Shown here in pieces: positions 49,601-63,985 of a DNA stretch of 64,000 bases (the first letter of the stretch is position 1; each line of letters starts with the position of its first letter). The stretch is from Ruditapes philippinarum (Eukaryota), in contig NW_026866638.1 of assembly GCF_026571515.1 (NCBI RefSeq), positions 1 through 64,000 of the forward strand, read 5' to 3'. The position numbers and the translations under genes were made by a program. The notes beneath the pieces were generated by a model. The model was not told the DNA's origin and ran no database searches. It saw nothing but the letters and a program-made list of their open reading frames with translations.

Positions 49601-52600
49601 GCATGATTTTTTTCTTCTATTTTCACCAAGTATTCACAAAATAATGCTCATTACACGTGTATAGAAAGAGAGATTTACAAGTTTTAATGAGAAAAAAATA
49701 TGTGCTGTATGCGTATATTTTAGGTACCAAAGTTGATTTATTTTATAATACTTCTTTGAGTGGCATTGTACGTTATTCAGAACAAATATTCATTCTCTTT
49801 ATAATTGCATTTTCAGTGTCACAATGTTACAAACAGATACCGACAAAAGTCAAAATTGGCCGAAGTTGGCCGAGTTGACTTGTAACTGGACAATATGTCG
49901 AGCGGGTGTAGTACAGTCGTACTTCTAGTTTTAAAAAGTAAAGTTGCTTACCTTGAGAAAAAGTTGAGGGCATCATTTATACCTCCGAGAAATGCGACTC
50001 TTCCTTCAGCCATTATAAGAATTCTTGATAAAAAAAACATGAACAATCTTTTAAGAAATTAAGTAAGGTATGATGAAAGGAAACCCAATAATCAGCGAAC
50101 GATTAGACGACGAGGATTAGAAGTACATTTACAGTACTGTAGGCAGTCAATATGTCCCTAAAATTTACATCACATGAAACCCGCCATATGTTTTTCCTGA
50201 TGGAAAAGTGCAACCGCATGCAAATGAAATTAATTTACATGTAACCATATCACTAAAAATACACGAATTAGGATTATATATATCCTACAACATCGAACAG
50301 AATTTCAATTTGCACTGAATGGAATTGCAAAGCTTTCAAAAGGGCAACATAGATAAAGATTAAAGAAAGATAAAAACATCTATAATGTAATAATTCAAAA
50401 TATTTCTACATCATATCTACAATTATACTTATTCATTTTCAACTGTGATGAGAGTTACCATCACTTTTACTAACTGTACATAGCTTGGTATTCACTTAAA
50501 TTTCTCTATTTACAAAATAATCAGTTTTTTAAATGTATTATTTTCCCTTACTGGTTGAATAAAAAGAAAACTTCCGAGGAAGGCTGGTGAATTGTACACA
50601 TAACCGTTTTTCCTTTGTTTGTCATAGATCTCAGATTTTGAACGATGCTTTCAGCCATGAATGAATCAAGTCCAGATGTTGGTTCATCACAAAATAATAG
50701 TGGTGGATCATTTAGTATCTAAAAATACAATATTTGTGGTAATCTTAACTACCCATTTAGCACAACAAGGCGTTTTGATGCATGCCAACTCGTTTTGTTG
50801 CCTTGTCACGAATTAAATGTATTTAATGTAAGCATAAAATGTTATTTGTTTTTTTACTCATTTGTAACAAGGTTTGTATTACAAATAAATATACTAAGTA
50901 TTTCCGTCAGTGTCCTTAACTTTTTGTTTTAGAAACAAACTACATGTATTATCAAAACATAAGGTTGAATTATTATAACAAACCTCTGAAGCAAAGGAGA
51001 GTCGCCTCATTTCTCCTCCAGATATCCCTTTTATTCGGCCAGGATCCCCAATCATGTTATTCATACATTTCTGCAGACCAAGTTCATGAATAACTTCTTG
51101 TACTCGAGCCAGCCTTTTATCCTTCGACAAAGTTCTATCCATCCTTAGTAAGGCCTATAAAACATTAGGTGACGAACTGCTTTTTGATTTAACAATTATA
51201 GAAAATGATTCATATATCTATCAGAAATAAACAAATTAAAAGGTGATATTGATAGATGGTGAAAACACAATACTAGTAAGTATAAAATTAAAAATATTTC
51301 AAAAAGAGAAATTGCTTTCATTTGTTTACTTTTATGTTGGCGATAAATAAAACAGGTTTGCAAAATGTTTGCTCTTCAGTAAAGGAACTGTATTATACAT
51401 TTCAACTATTTTGCAAATTGGTATTTTGATTGGAAATGGTGTGTTGTCTTACATTGTTATTTCAGGGAAGGGATAATTATCCAGTACATATGAACACCTG
51501 TTGCCGAACAAATATATATATATTCCTGCAATATCAAATTGTTTTATGGTTTTGAGACCCCTAGGGTATTGTTTATGTAATGATTTTATCTTACCCTAAA
51601 TGTGAGATGTTCCTTTACTGTCATTGTGGCAATAAACATGTCGTCCTGACGAACGTATGCAGAAATATCTCTTATATTTGTACCAGCAACTTTTCCATTG
51701 ACTCTGATATCACCTGTGATTGATAGAGAGTTTGTGTCCACCCTTGTTGTCAGGGTATTCAGCAAAGTTGTCTTTCCAGAACCACTAATAAATTAGTAAA
51801 TAAACTAAATGCTAAATAAAGGTTTTACGTTGTAATGTACTGTAAATTCAACCATCGTATTCTATTTAATCATTCTTTGTTGCAATAAACTAATGCATAT
51901 CATTTTGGTTTTTCTTTTTTTTCGATAATGTATTCATACACAACTTGAATAATAACAGTACAATACGGAAGTTTGAAAGTATAACAAATATTACCTCGCC
52001 CCAATGATAGCAAGTAGCGTTCCTGGCTTTATGCTTCCATAAACTGTAATAAGTAAGAAATGTGTATCTTTGAATCGAAATAAAATAAACGTTTTGCTTT
52101 AAATTATTATTAACACCGTGTATATCCAGTAACGCCGGAATGAGAAAATAACGCACGATTCGTTCAATAAGTAATGCAGAATTGTGCAATAAATGGCAGA
52201 TACCTGACAGGATTTGCGACGCGGTAAGTAAACTGGCCAATATATTTTTTATTTAATCGAACTTGAAAAAATGAATAGCCGTATAAGGCTGCGAAGACAT
52301 TACTCTTTATCCCTCATCAAGATTATTTCCACGAAATTGTTTACTTTTCAAGATCATTCGTGCAAATGATGGCATGACCACCGTTTTGAGCGTATTTTTG
52401 GCTTTTGTCGTCTCTTATAAGTACAACAATGCATATTATACCGTATACTTTCGATTTTCGGTAGGCCAGTGACATTAACTAAGCGACGGGTGATATAAAA
52501 AAATTAAAATAAGCTGATAAAATGTGATTCAAGCTGTTTTATGAGGTAACGTCGATGTACGTGAATTGTGCTTCGCGGTAACGCCGGAAAATGTGATTTT

Positions 52601-55194
52601 TTCATATATGTCACTGAACTGCTACACAGGTTGAACGCCTTTTATCGGCGAAAATAATAAAGTCATTTGTGACGTAGTCAATGTATTTTCTTCGTAACTT
52701 ATATAGAAATATATAATAATTAAATCTTGACAAACTTGACAATTGTTTCCTGAAATAAATTAATATTTGCAAACATGTTGCCCACGTCTAATCTTGTAAG
52801 AAAATAAGAACAATAAACTTCCATTGCAAATAAGTTGAATATAAAAATAATAAATAAATAAAGAGAAAACGTGTCTGTGTATTTTATGCCTGAAATAATG
52901 CACCTGTAAAGCTTAAAGTCTCCATATGTCCATGAATGTGTTGGCGTGATTTGAAACCCAACCAAAACAAATATATGGCTGTAGCACTTTGGCTGGTTTA
53001 CTTCTTTGAAAATGGATTATTTATCTAATATATTTTCTCTTATATAAGGAAGTGACTTGTATTCAAAATATATTTTACATAGAAACTATAATACCCAAAA
53101 CTTGTAAAAGCATAACCTTACTGTCCTCTGCTTAAGTCAAATCAATTATAACCCTTGAGGTAAAGATTAACCCTACTCTTGGGGTTTCTTATTATTTGTT
53201 AACTTGTATGGAAAAAACATATGAATCTGCCTCAGGAGCTTATGCTAGGCATTAATATAGACACGTTTACAAAACTAACAGGACTAATGACCCTTAAAGA
53301 GGCCACCAGTACAGGGCCAGGTAACATGCATACAGAGTGACCATTTGCTCACTCAGGTAACTCATTTGTACAAATACATTAAATATCTAATACCAATCTC
53401 TCAGACTTTGAATGAACTGTTCCAAATTCACAGCTGAGCAAAACCATTTCATAAATTCACCAGGTCAATTGTGACAAAGTTGAATATATTTTGGTCTCTT
53501 AACTCAATGTACATGTGTATTGAGAGCTACTAGAGATGTGTTTGGGGAATATTTTATCTATCCATGCCATGAAGGTCTAAATGTGGAATTCCCGGTGTTT
53601 ACTTCGTCAAATAATTAAAAATTAAAGAGTGAGAACAATGAAAAATTCCTCGTATTCACTTCAACAAAGATTAATTATATTACGAAGCTTATAGCTCTGT
53701 GGTTTTAGGGACGGATTCGAGACTGTGTCTTTATTTTCTACGCAATCAATCTAAATTAAATTCTGTATAAAATGAATTAAAGTTTCCGCATTAAATTATA
53801 TTTGAAAAGTAAAATATACTCGGTGATTAATGGCATTAAACCTGTGTAACAGTCAGTACAATATATGAAAAAAACACATTTTCCGGCGTTACCGTGAAGC
53901 ACTTTTCACTCACATCGGCAATACCTCATAAAACAGCTTGATTCACATTTTATCACCTTATTTAAATTTTCTTTATCACCAGAAATTTAGTTAATGTCGG
54001 CCTACCGAAAATAAAAATTATACGGTACAATATGCCTTTTTGTACTTGTAACAATCGACGAAAAGCCAAAACCTTGCTCAAAACGGTGGTCAAGCCATCA
54101 TTTCACGAATGATCTTGCAATATAAGCATTTTTTTCGGAAATACTCCTGATGAGGAATAAAGAGTATCGTCCTCGCAGCCGTATGCAGCTATTCCTGTTT
54201 TTACAGTTCGGTTAAGTAAAAAATATATTGGCCAGTTTACTTACCGCGTTGAAATTCCTGTCAGGTATCCGCCATTTATTGCACAATGCTGGGTTACTTA
54301 TTGCACGAATCGTGCGTTATTTCCACATTCCGGCGTTTCTGGATAAACACGGTGATTAAAATGAAATTAAAAAATAACTTAGTACAAATTAATCTCTGTG
54401 AAATCCAAATGACTGGGAAACACGGAGTTACATTTTGATAATACGAATTTGTGACATCGAATATACTCACCATTTTTCAGAATTTGGTTTGGAGGGTCTA
54501 TCGAGTCTTGTCGTCTGCAGCATATACGACGTTTTGGTTTAACATGAACATTAATATTATCCCATGATAACGTCACTCCATCTGCTTTTTCTTCCACGTT
54601 ACGCCTGTTTAAATCATATATATTTACAATTATAGGTTTCTTTGAATATTTTTTTAATTTGAAAAGATGCTTTATTATTTGCTTACTTTCAACGAGTCAA
54701 TTGAGATCATAACTTATTTTACTGTAAACGGAAATCGAGAACGTATCTGGATATAGAATAAGCCTACTTTTGTTGAACATAGTTTAAATCAATTGAAATA
54801 TGCAGTGACTGATGTACAAAGTTTTAAACTGTTTACTTTTATTTTGACACTTTGACTTTACTAACTTGGCATGTCATACACTTTCGTGTGATTTTTAAAG
54901 AAAATAATTCCTTTGTTTGATAGATAACCATTCAAATATGTTGAAAGGTCTTAAGTTAGTTTAAAGTATTTCTCGTCCAATTTAAACAGTATCTATTATA
55001 TAAAGGCAATAGCTTGCTTGTTAATATATATATATATATATATCACAACCACGTAAGGTTTCAAAATAAGATTATAATAAAAAGAACTAAGGATCACAAT
55101 AATATCAATAAAATGTAAGGCTTCAAATAATAAAAACTTACCGTGTCATACAGATAACACTATCCTGCCACTTTTTCATCATTGATTTTAGCAT
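43620..55194 (-). CDS. white: ABCG half-transporter, white-like, 19 exons: 55194(or 55149)-55142, 54604-54471, 52043-51995, 51784-51595, 51154-50984, 50718-50552, 50023-49952, 49009-48907, 48695-48603, 48319-48294, 47440-47335, 46818-46687, 46322-46230, 45594-45537, 45220-45143, 44861-44756, 44455-44355, 44019-43934, 43724-43620; about 625-640 aa
   Basis: All introns are GT-AG with matching phases. Walker A GASGSGKTT, Q-loop AYVRQDD, signature ISGGEMRR, Walker B/D-loop [13 protein letters not shown]-loop TIHQP, NYNPCDF, then the TM region with [23 protein letters not shown] and YLSWFKY. Exon 1, the start codon and the 26-nt exon are less certain. Confidence 0.9.
45905..46055 (-). mobile_element. 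Hairpin element of about 150 bp in a white intron
   Basis: acaccggctg.cggta.agac ... gtctctaccggcagccggtgt inverted arms with a central aactcg..cctcgtt. Confidence 0.6.
47428..48041. repeat. 31-34 bp minisatellite, 19 copies, built from the intron 10/exon 11 junction of white
   Basis: The unit on the minus strand is tttatatttgt(g/a)tatatcag/atatgggtca(c/t)c. The last copy runs directly into exon 11 ([10 protein letters not shown]). Confidence 0.95.
52114..54354. mobile_element. Long inverted repeat pair (arms of about 530 bp at 52114-52650 and 53820-54354) in white intron 2
   Basis: caccgtg..cgccggaatg..cgcggtaagtaaactggccaatatatttttt is mirrored by aaaaaatatattggccagtttacttaccgcg..cattccggcg..cacggtg. 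The arms are clearly diverged and the spacer of about 1.2 kb has no long ORF. Confidence 0.85.
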
Positions 55195-55970
55195 ATACCA
55201 CTCTATTATGCTTCAATTTAATGTTGCATATTCCTCATTGCTATGCGCACGACTACCCGGAAGTGTTGGATCAGTGTAAAACTTATGTAATATCGACCTC
55301 GTCTAACTGCTTTCTGTGAAGCGTGCAATCATTAAAAGCGTTCGCCTCATGTCTGTTTGATTTATTGTAAGCTGTGATGCAGATGAATTTGCAAAACATC
55401 CTTATTAATGTTTTCTTTGCCATATCCAAGTGTTGTTGTATGTACATATATCATATTAGGAGTGTTCTTTTTGTTCTTTAAAAAAAGGACAACAAAATAA
55501 TGTAATTAAATAATCTAAAATTATATGTATTTTACATTTATACGAATTTAGCTTCTCATCTAATCATTAAAAAATGTTTTAAGTATGTAAAATGCTGGCA
55601 ATCAAGTCAGCCCTTTGAAGCTGCTGCATTCTAAGATTTTAAAACTAGAAACACTTCAAGGTATCTTAAATATATCAGCAAGGCAAATAGATATCTCCTT
55701 CCCATGACTCCAGTGACTTAACGACTGGCCATCAGTTTTGTTTAAAAGATTTCAACTCAATTTTACTATAAACCTTTGCCCTTATTATGACCTCGACTTG
55801 CGTTTATAAAGAACAGCTAAATTCTTGAAATACTTCAATCTTGCAACGGATTAGATAACAAGCCTTTGTAAATGCTGGTAACATGGGCAAGATAATTAAT
55901 CTCCGCGAGTTATTAACGCATAATTTTGTTTACAACGTCTGGTTGAAAGAATGTAAAACTAGGATAAATA

Positions 55971-56207
55971 TGAGCCGTGTCATGACAAAACCAAGATAGT
56001 GGGTTTGCGGCCAGCATGGATCCAGACCAGCCTGCGCATCCGCGCAGTCTGATCAGGCTCCATGCTGTTCGCTATCAGTTTCTCTACTTAAAATAGAGTT
56101 GGTAAGCGAACAGCATGGATCCTGATCAGACTGCGTGGATGCGCAGGCTGGTACGGATCCATGCTGGTCGCAAACGCATTATGTTGGTTTTGTCGTGACA
56201 CGGCTCA
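55971..56207. mobile_element. MITE of about 237 bp, near-perfect hairpin, copy 2
   Basis: tgagccgtgtcatgacaaaacc ... ggttttgtcgtgacacggctca, flanked by TA. Same family as 26193-26429. Confidence 0.9.
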
Positions 56208-56890
56208 TATCAATTTACAAAATATATATCTTCATGATAAACTATCATCAGGGCATATTTATACTTACAAACCTCTGTCAAAAGCCAAAAAATAAAGAAG
56301 CAAAACGGCCATATGTAGAATTTCTTTTTAGGTAGGTTTTATTGCAAAGTCCTTCTTTTTGCAATTGCACGCTTATAAATTTTCGGTGCATGACTATTTG
56401 TATAGTTTACAACAGTATAAATGTTTGTTATTTACACTGGAAATCAATAAATCTTCGCCTGTCTCGACAAGAGGTATTGTGCAGTAAATGAGAAATATGT
56501 CATAAATTGACTGTCATTTGAATAGAATTCTAATCTTTATTATTTGATGTTTTATGGTTCATGAGTCGTAGATACATCAATTTTGTAAAACTGCCTTGAC
56601 TAAAATCAACAAATAATGAATAATTATTACTGTAATGAATGCATATGGCTTATAAAACGATCTTTAAAAGATAGAATGTTTTTAAAGCTATAAATCTGCT
56701 TTCCAATTATTCTATCTTGTCAATATGCTTTTATCATATATAAAACTTAACATATAAAGTACATCACACACTAAGAGAAACAAATGGAAACTACAAAAAT
56801 CAGTTTGAAACTTAATATAATCGAGCGATCCTTAAAGTGTGTTGCTTTATTTTTTTAATATTCCATAGGTCTACGAAATAGATTACAGTT

Positions 56891-59152
56891 GTTTTGTGCC
56901 CCCACTTATAAGGGGGGGGGCATTTAGATTTACCCGTGTCCGTCCGTCCTTTCGTCCGTCCAAGCAGGGCTGTATGTGGACTTGTGGACTTGTTGATGTG
57001 TACTTGTGCACCTGGGTGTCTGCATGTGGATTTATTCGGTTTTTGTAGAGTTACTGGCTTCTGACTTAGTAAAATTTGCAATGTTGAACTTGTGTGTCAT
57101 GTAGCTCGAAATGTTTTTGACCTAGAGTCATGAATGTTAACAGGCATGTTGCTCAGCATGTGAAGTTGTACACCTGATCTTTTACTTATTGATTTATTCT
57201 GTTTCGTCAATGTTATGGCCCTTGACTTAGTAAAAATTTGCAATTTTCAATTTGTGTCCTGCGTGTCTCAAAAAGTGTCTGACTTAGAGTCATGAAGAGG
57301 AATGTTGATCAGCATGTGTAATTGTGCACCTGGTGTTTGTTTTTGAATTTATTAAGTAATTTTGTAGAGTAATTGTCCTTGACTAAATAAAAATTTACAA
57401 TTTTCACATTGTGTCGCGCGTAGCTCAAAAATGTTTCACTAAAGTCATGAAACTTCACAGGAATGTTAATCAGCATGTAACGTTGTGTACCTTGTGAATT
57501 TATTCTGCTTTGTCAGAGTTATTGCCCTTGACTTTGTTAAAAATAAAAAAAAATCTTTTTGTGCTGCACGTAGCTCAAAGAGTATTTGATCTAGAGTCAT
57601 GAAACTTAATAGAAATGCTGGTCAGCATGTGAAGTTGTGCACCAGGGGTTTCTGTTGTGGAATTATTAAGTATTTATAGAGATTTGCACTTAGATAAGTA
57701 AACCTTTGCAATTTTCAACTTGTGTTGCACTCAAGTAGTACCTAGGGTCATGAATCTTTTCAGGAATGTTCTTTAGCATGTGAAAATGTACACCTGATGT
57801 TTCGCTTGCAGATTTATTCTGTTGTATCAGAGTTATGGTCCTTCACTTAGTAAAATTTTCAATTTTCAATTTGTGTCTAGCGTAACCTAAAAAGTATTTG
57901 ACCTATAGTGATGAAACTTTACAGGAATGGTGATCAACATGTGTCGTTGTGCACGTGGGTGTTTTCGAGCGGATTTATTCAGTATCCGTAGAGTTATTTC
58001 ACTTGATTTAGTAAATTTTGCAATTTTCAACTTGTGTTGCACGTAGCTCAAGAAGTATTTGACCTAGGGTCATTCAATTGTTCAGAAATGTTGCTCAGGA
58101 TATATACACCCTATGTTTTGCTTGTAAATTTTTGTTTTGTCAGAGTTATGGCTCTTGAATTAGTAAAATTTGCAATTTTAAATTTGTGTCGTGCTTAGCT
58201 AAAAAGGTATTTGACTTTGGTCATGACACTTAAGAGGAATGTTGGTCAGCATGTAAACATAGAGAAAAACAGAGTCCCTAAACAAAGCCCAATACGACAA
58301 AAGTTGTGCGCCTTGTGATATGCTTGTAGATTTTTTCAGTATTTGTAGAATAATTACGCTTGACTTAGTAAAAATTTTCAATTTTCATCTCGTGTCATAG
58401 CTCAAAAATTGTATGACTTATTGTGATGATATTTTACAGGAATGTTGACAAGCATTTGATGTTGAGCACCTGTGTTTTAGTTGTGAATTAATTCTGCTTT
58501 GTCATTGACTAAGTACAAAATTTCAATTTTCAATATGTGTTGCATTTAGCCCAAAAAGTATTTGACCTTGAGTCAGGAAACTTTGGAGGTATGTTGGTCA
58601 GCATGTGTAGTTTTGTACCAGTGTTTACGGTTGTGGATTTAGTCAGTATTTATAGAGTTATTGCCCTTGAATTAGTAAACATTTGCAATTTTAAGTTGTG
58701 TCGTAAGATGTATTTGACTTACTACACTCGTGAAACTTGACTTCGCAAAATCCATTCCAGATGTTAAATGTACCTTAAATGCTTGAGTTAGAATCAACCG
58801 ATCATCAACAACACTGAGAAGCTGTGTACCTGGAGATTTGCATCCAGATATTTTTCAATTTAGTTAGAGTAACTGTATTTGATTAAGTATAAATTATAGA
58901 TTTCTCCATGCATATCTCATAAATTATTTGACCTGTAGTCGTGAAAGTATACAAGAATGTTTATCAGCATGTGTAGTTATGTACCTTTGAGTTTGCTTGT
59001 GGATTTTTTAGTAATTGTAGAATCTATGTCATTGACTAAGTAAAAGATTGTCGGTTTTCAACTTGTGTCACGTGCAGCCAAAACAAATTTGAGTTAGAGT
59101 TAGATGATTGACAAAACATTGGGGTGTGGACCTTTGGGCACATTTCTAGTTT
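56891..59152 (+). mobile_element. Helentron-associated non-autonomous element (HINE/DINE-1-like) carrying about 13 diverged repeats of about 160 bp
   Basis: 5' T-run, short hairpin gccccc..gggggc and a (gtcc)n microsatellite, then units containing gacttagtaaaa..gcaattttcaa..gtagctcaa..agagtcatgaa..cagcatgtg. Ends catttctagtt. Confidence 0.8.
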
Positions 59153-59389
59153 CTGATTTTGAATAATTTTACTTCAATTTAAATCAATAGATGTTTTGTG
59201 AAACTCAAAACAAGCGTTTGCAAAACTTTTATTTTGTAAAAATTTGTGTTTAAAATGAAATAAAGGCTGTAATTGACATATTCTCATGTTCGTCACAAAA
59301 TTAAGATGTCATTGTAATAATTCTGATTCCAGAAAATCAATAGGAACACCTTATAGTGTGGAATAAAATCAAATAAAAAAAATGTAAAG

Positions 59390-59998
59390 TCGTTATAACT
59401 CAAATAAAGGCGTTAAAACGTGAAACAAAACGCGTTATAACGTGAATAGAAATGCGTTATTACGCGAATCAAAAGGCGTTGTAACGCAAATAAAGGCGTA
59501 GTAACGCGAAACAAAAAGACGAAGACAATTGAAATATGACGCACATATATCTTGAGCTATTTATTCAGATCAATATTTTTCTATCGTTCTTACTTTATCA
59601 GGAAATTTGATGAACACAAATATGGTTTTAAATTGGCATAATAACGCCTTTTGTTTTGCGTTATCACGACTTTTAGTTCGTGTTATAAAGTCTTCTGTTT
59701 TGCGGTGAAACGCCCTTTGATCCGCATTTAACTCTTTTCCCCGCGTTTTTTGCGTTATTCGCGTCATATCGCATTTTTATGTTTTTGCGTACTTTGTGTT
59801 TTTTTTTTTTTGCAAATGCGCCTTTTGATTCGAGTAATTAGGCCATTTATCTGCGTTTTACACCATTCATTTTACGTTACTACGCCTTAATTATTGCCAT
59901 TATACCTTTTATTTCGCGCAGTTACGCATTTTGATTCGCTTTATTATGCCTTTCCAAATGGTTTTTCTTATTTAATTTGATACTGTTAGGCCATCGTA
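59390..59998. repeat. Inverted arrays of about 21-bp units (foldback-like)
   Basis: taacgcgaa..aaaaggcg units (59390-59520) are opposed by cgccttttg..gcgttat units (59640-59955). Confidence 0.6.
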
Positions 59999-61692
59999 AT
60001 TAAACCTATGTGAAAATTAAAAAGAAATTCTACACTTATAATGCAGGTGTGATAAGTAATAACTTCTTTATACATGTACAGCGTCCTTCAATTTTAGCAA
60101 CGTAATCTTATTATTGTTTCATGACTTTAAAAGTGTCAATGTTTACTTTCTTTGAATTAAGATTTTTATATTTACTGATATTCTGTAATATTGATATTAT
60201 CCCTGCAATGAATACAGTTTTGAATAAGGCATGTTTTATAAGTTGATATAATAAAGGTTTTATTCACCATGTCTTCCGGGTGCCGTTGAATGTGGGGTTT
60301 TATACAGACCAAATACTTCTTTGTCAATAAACATGTTTACAAATCAACTGAATGCTTTTTAATAAACGCCTACGGTTAACATTGTCAAAGCGAATTTACA
60401 AATTTAATAAAAAAAAAAGCATTGCACTCAAAACTTCCTGATAACGAAATGGGTTCAAAAGATATGATATATTTAACTTCCCGTCCTTGGAACAAAATAT
60501 ATTGGACCGTAAAAACCTCAGTAGATGGTAGGATTTACAAATACAAAGTATATCACAAGCAAATCTTTTGTGTATATGCAACTATTTCTTGAGTTCGAAG
60601 CTGTATACTAGATTTACAAGAAAGGACATGTTTTTTTGTGTAATTCTTGTTGTACAGACCTTTTGTGATGAAAAGCGACAGATTTCCTAAAATTCACCTA
60701 ATACCAGTGTTATTTTAAGAAACATAATACACAAAATAGTTAAAAACTCTTTGGAGACCTGTTTTATTGCATGTGCAAATCCCATCCTTAACTACCAAAA
60801 TTATTTTCTATTATTCTATAAATATATATTATTAACTATAATGTTAAGATTCAAAAATAAAATTATATCTCTCAATATGTTTTGAAATCATCTCTTAATA
60901 AATAATATTATATTTTGTTATGTTTAACTACCTTTATTGATCATAATTTGCACGAAAATATATCATACATGTATTACTGAATAATAAATTTACTGGTGCA
61001 ACTCGACATTTTATATCAAAATCAAACGAATTTTTTATTGATTGTTAAAGTCACTAAAAAAATTTAATCTAATTTATGATACAATCATGATGTAACGCAA
61101 GGACATGCTTCGATAAATGAGACATTAAGTTCACTTAACTACACTGACAAATTTCTCTTCCTAGTTTTAAAGGACAAACGGAAACTCTTATCTGGAAAAT
61201 TGCACGTATGGTAAGTTATATTTTATAATGTTTGATGTCATATTAGTATTTACATAATTTCTGATCAGCAAAACAAAATATGTGTTTCAAAATATTTTTA
61301 TTATATATTTTAAATTTTCAAACGTAATGTCACTTTTCTGTGTTTTAAACTAATTTTTCTCAATTCGTTGCTGTTAACATTTCAGAGATAATCAAATATT
61401 AGAAATATGTTTTCATCTTTCATTTTGTTATCAATTTGATTTTACGGAAATAAAGCTGTTTTAGTTAGAATATATCAATATTTCAATTAATAATTATGAT
61501 ACTAAATTATTAGTTTTATTTTTATTGATGCATTTATTTACATATTTATTTTTTTGTGGAGTGTTTGCTTTTATACTGTTTGTTTGTTTACTTGATTCTT
61601 TTTGTTTGTTGACTGTTGTTCGGTTTTTTATTTCGCCATTCAGAACATTATTATACAATTTGTGTTTCAATATTTTCAATAATAAAGCTAAG

Positions 61693-61831
61693 ATGGATTA
61701 CAAGGAAATGTTAAGGGTTAAAACAACAGATAACGCACTTGTAGAACTAGCACGGGCCGAGGTAAATGAACACCCTGAAAGAAGACAACAAGACATACTT
61801 ACACTTAGAAACAGAATTCAGTTGCACCCAG
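61693..61831 (+). CDS. First coding exon of a probable CRAL-TRIO (alpha-tocopherol transfer/clavesin/RLBP1-like) gene; the rest was not found in the window
   Basis: MDYKEML...LVELARAEVNEHPERRQQDILTLRNRIQLHP matches the A..ELNE.P..R...I..LR..I..HP N-terminal pattern of this family and ends at cccag/gttggt. Confidence 0.7.
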
Positions 61832-62565
61832 GTTGGTTTATTTATTGATATCGTTTAACTTTTAAATGCCCTTGACTATATTATGTAAGACATTCAATAC
61901 ATTTAACGCATTATATAGTCCAAACAATTAGTAACTGTAGAGAACAAAGATATATAATATAATAAAATATATTGAGAGAAAAGTGTTTCTCCAGCTTTCC
62001 TCCTTTCAATTAAGAACAGGGCATTCGAATGTAAGGGAATAGATAATTTGGAAATCCAGACAGATTGTGCGGCTTAGCGGCATAAAAATAAATAGAAATG
62101 ACTCTTAATTGATATCTAAGTAATAGTTTTAGTATATGAAACGAGTTTGTTACGAGGATATAAAACTTGCTTAGGCGAATCGAAGGATGTTTCTGCAAAG
62201 ATTTTCTATTTGCAGAGACATAACGAGATGTCGCCAAGCCAGGGTAATACACCCGAGTTCATATTTTTGTTACATAAATAAAAGAAAAAATAATACGTTC
62301 ATTCCCTCTCTTTTGTTCTTTCCTTGTTGTATCAAATGTTAACCCTAGACAAAATTAAACTATGTCAGAGAATTCATCTATGTTGTTTTTGCTACTGGGA
62401 ATGTGTGATACCCTTTTTAATTTTACTGTCAAGAAATGTCATCGGCACTCCAATTATAAGCTTATTTATTCTCTTTATGAAGCAAAGGACTGCAAGCTCT
62501 GTGGTATTTTCTGATATTTGCAATCTTAATCGACTGTATATACGTATGTATTTTCCTGTATAAGT

Positions 62566-63985
62566 TTATTATCCCCCGCCGATTGAATCGGGAGGGGGAT
62601 ATTGTTTTGGAGTTGTCCGTCCGTCCATTCGTCCGTCCGAATTTCGTTTCGTTGCTAGTTCTCTGCAACTACTGGCTGGAATTCAATGAAACTTAATGGG
62701 AATCATCAATATCAAGAGGAGATGCGCATATCGTCGGCTTGTTTCAGTCAGATCTTTTAGTTATGGCCATTGATTAGTTATGCATTATGCATATAGAGGA
62801 AAAATCGTTTCCGCGCTACTTCTCTGCAACTTTTGTCTGGAATTCAACGAAACATTATGGGAACCCTCAATACCAAGAGGAGATGTGCATAACGTCGCCT
62901 TGTTCCGGTCAGAAACTTCAACTCAGAGTTATGACCCTTGATTAATTATGCAGTATGCATATAGAGCAATAATCGTTTCCGCGCTTCTTCTCTGCAACTT
63001 CTAGCCGGACTTTATGGGAATCATCAATATCAAAAGGAAATGCGCATATTGCCGGCTTGTTCTGGTAAGACCCTTGAACTCAGAGTAATGGCCTTTGATT
63101 AGTCATGCATTATGCATATAGAAGAAAAATCGTTTCCGCGCTACTTCTCTGCAACTTTTGTTTTGAATTCAATTCAACGAAACTTTATGGGAACCCTCAA
63201 TACCAAGAGGAGATGCGCATATCGTTGCCTTGTTCCGGTCAGACAGTATACCTTAGAGTTATGGCCCTTGGTTAGTTATGCAGTATGTATAAAGAGCAAT
63301 AATCGTTTCCGTGCTACTTCTCTGCAACTTCTGGCTGGAATTCAACGAAACTTTATAGGAACCCTCAACAGCGACAGGAGATGCGAATATCGTCAGCTTG
63401 TTCCGGTCAGACACTTAAACTCACAGTTATGGCCTTGATTAGTTATGCCGTATGCATATAAGCAATATTTGTTTCCGCACTACTTCTCTGCAGCTACTGG
63501 CAGGAATTCAACGAAACTTTATGGGAAACATTAATACCAAGAGGAGATGTCCAAGAGGAGAGGTGCATAACGTCGCCTTGTTCCGGTCAGACACTTCAAC
63601 GCAGAGTTATGACCCTTGATTAATTATGCAGTATGCATATAGAGCAATAATCGTTTCCGCGCTTCTTCTCTGCAACTTCTAGCCGGAATTCAACGAAACT
63701 GTATCGGAATCATCAATATCAAAAGGAAATGCGCATATCGTCGGCTTGTTCTGGTAAGACCCTTGAACTCAGAGTAATGGCCTTTGATTAGTTATGCAGT
63801 ATGCATATAGAGCAATAATCATTTCCGCGTTCTTCTCTGCAACTACTGGCTGGAATTAAACGAAACTTTATGGCAACCTTCAATACCAAGAGAAAATGCC
63901 CATAACAACGCCTTGTTTCGGTCAGACAGTTTAACTCAGAGTTATGGCCCTTGATTAGTTATGCAGTATGCATATAGGGCAAACT
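62566..63985 (+). mobile_element. Second Helentron-associated element with about 8 repeats of about 165 bp
   Basis: tttattatccccc..gggggata hairpin and (gtcc)n, then units with tctctgcaac(t/g) at about 62660, 62822, 62989, 63147, 63319, 63486, 63668 and 63835. Confidence 0.82.

Noticed and set aside
60396-60581. LLRFLRS peptide as a CRAL-TRIO exon
   Set aside because: It is on the opposite strand and upstream of the first exon with no supporting context, so it is likely chance.
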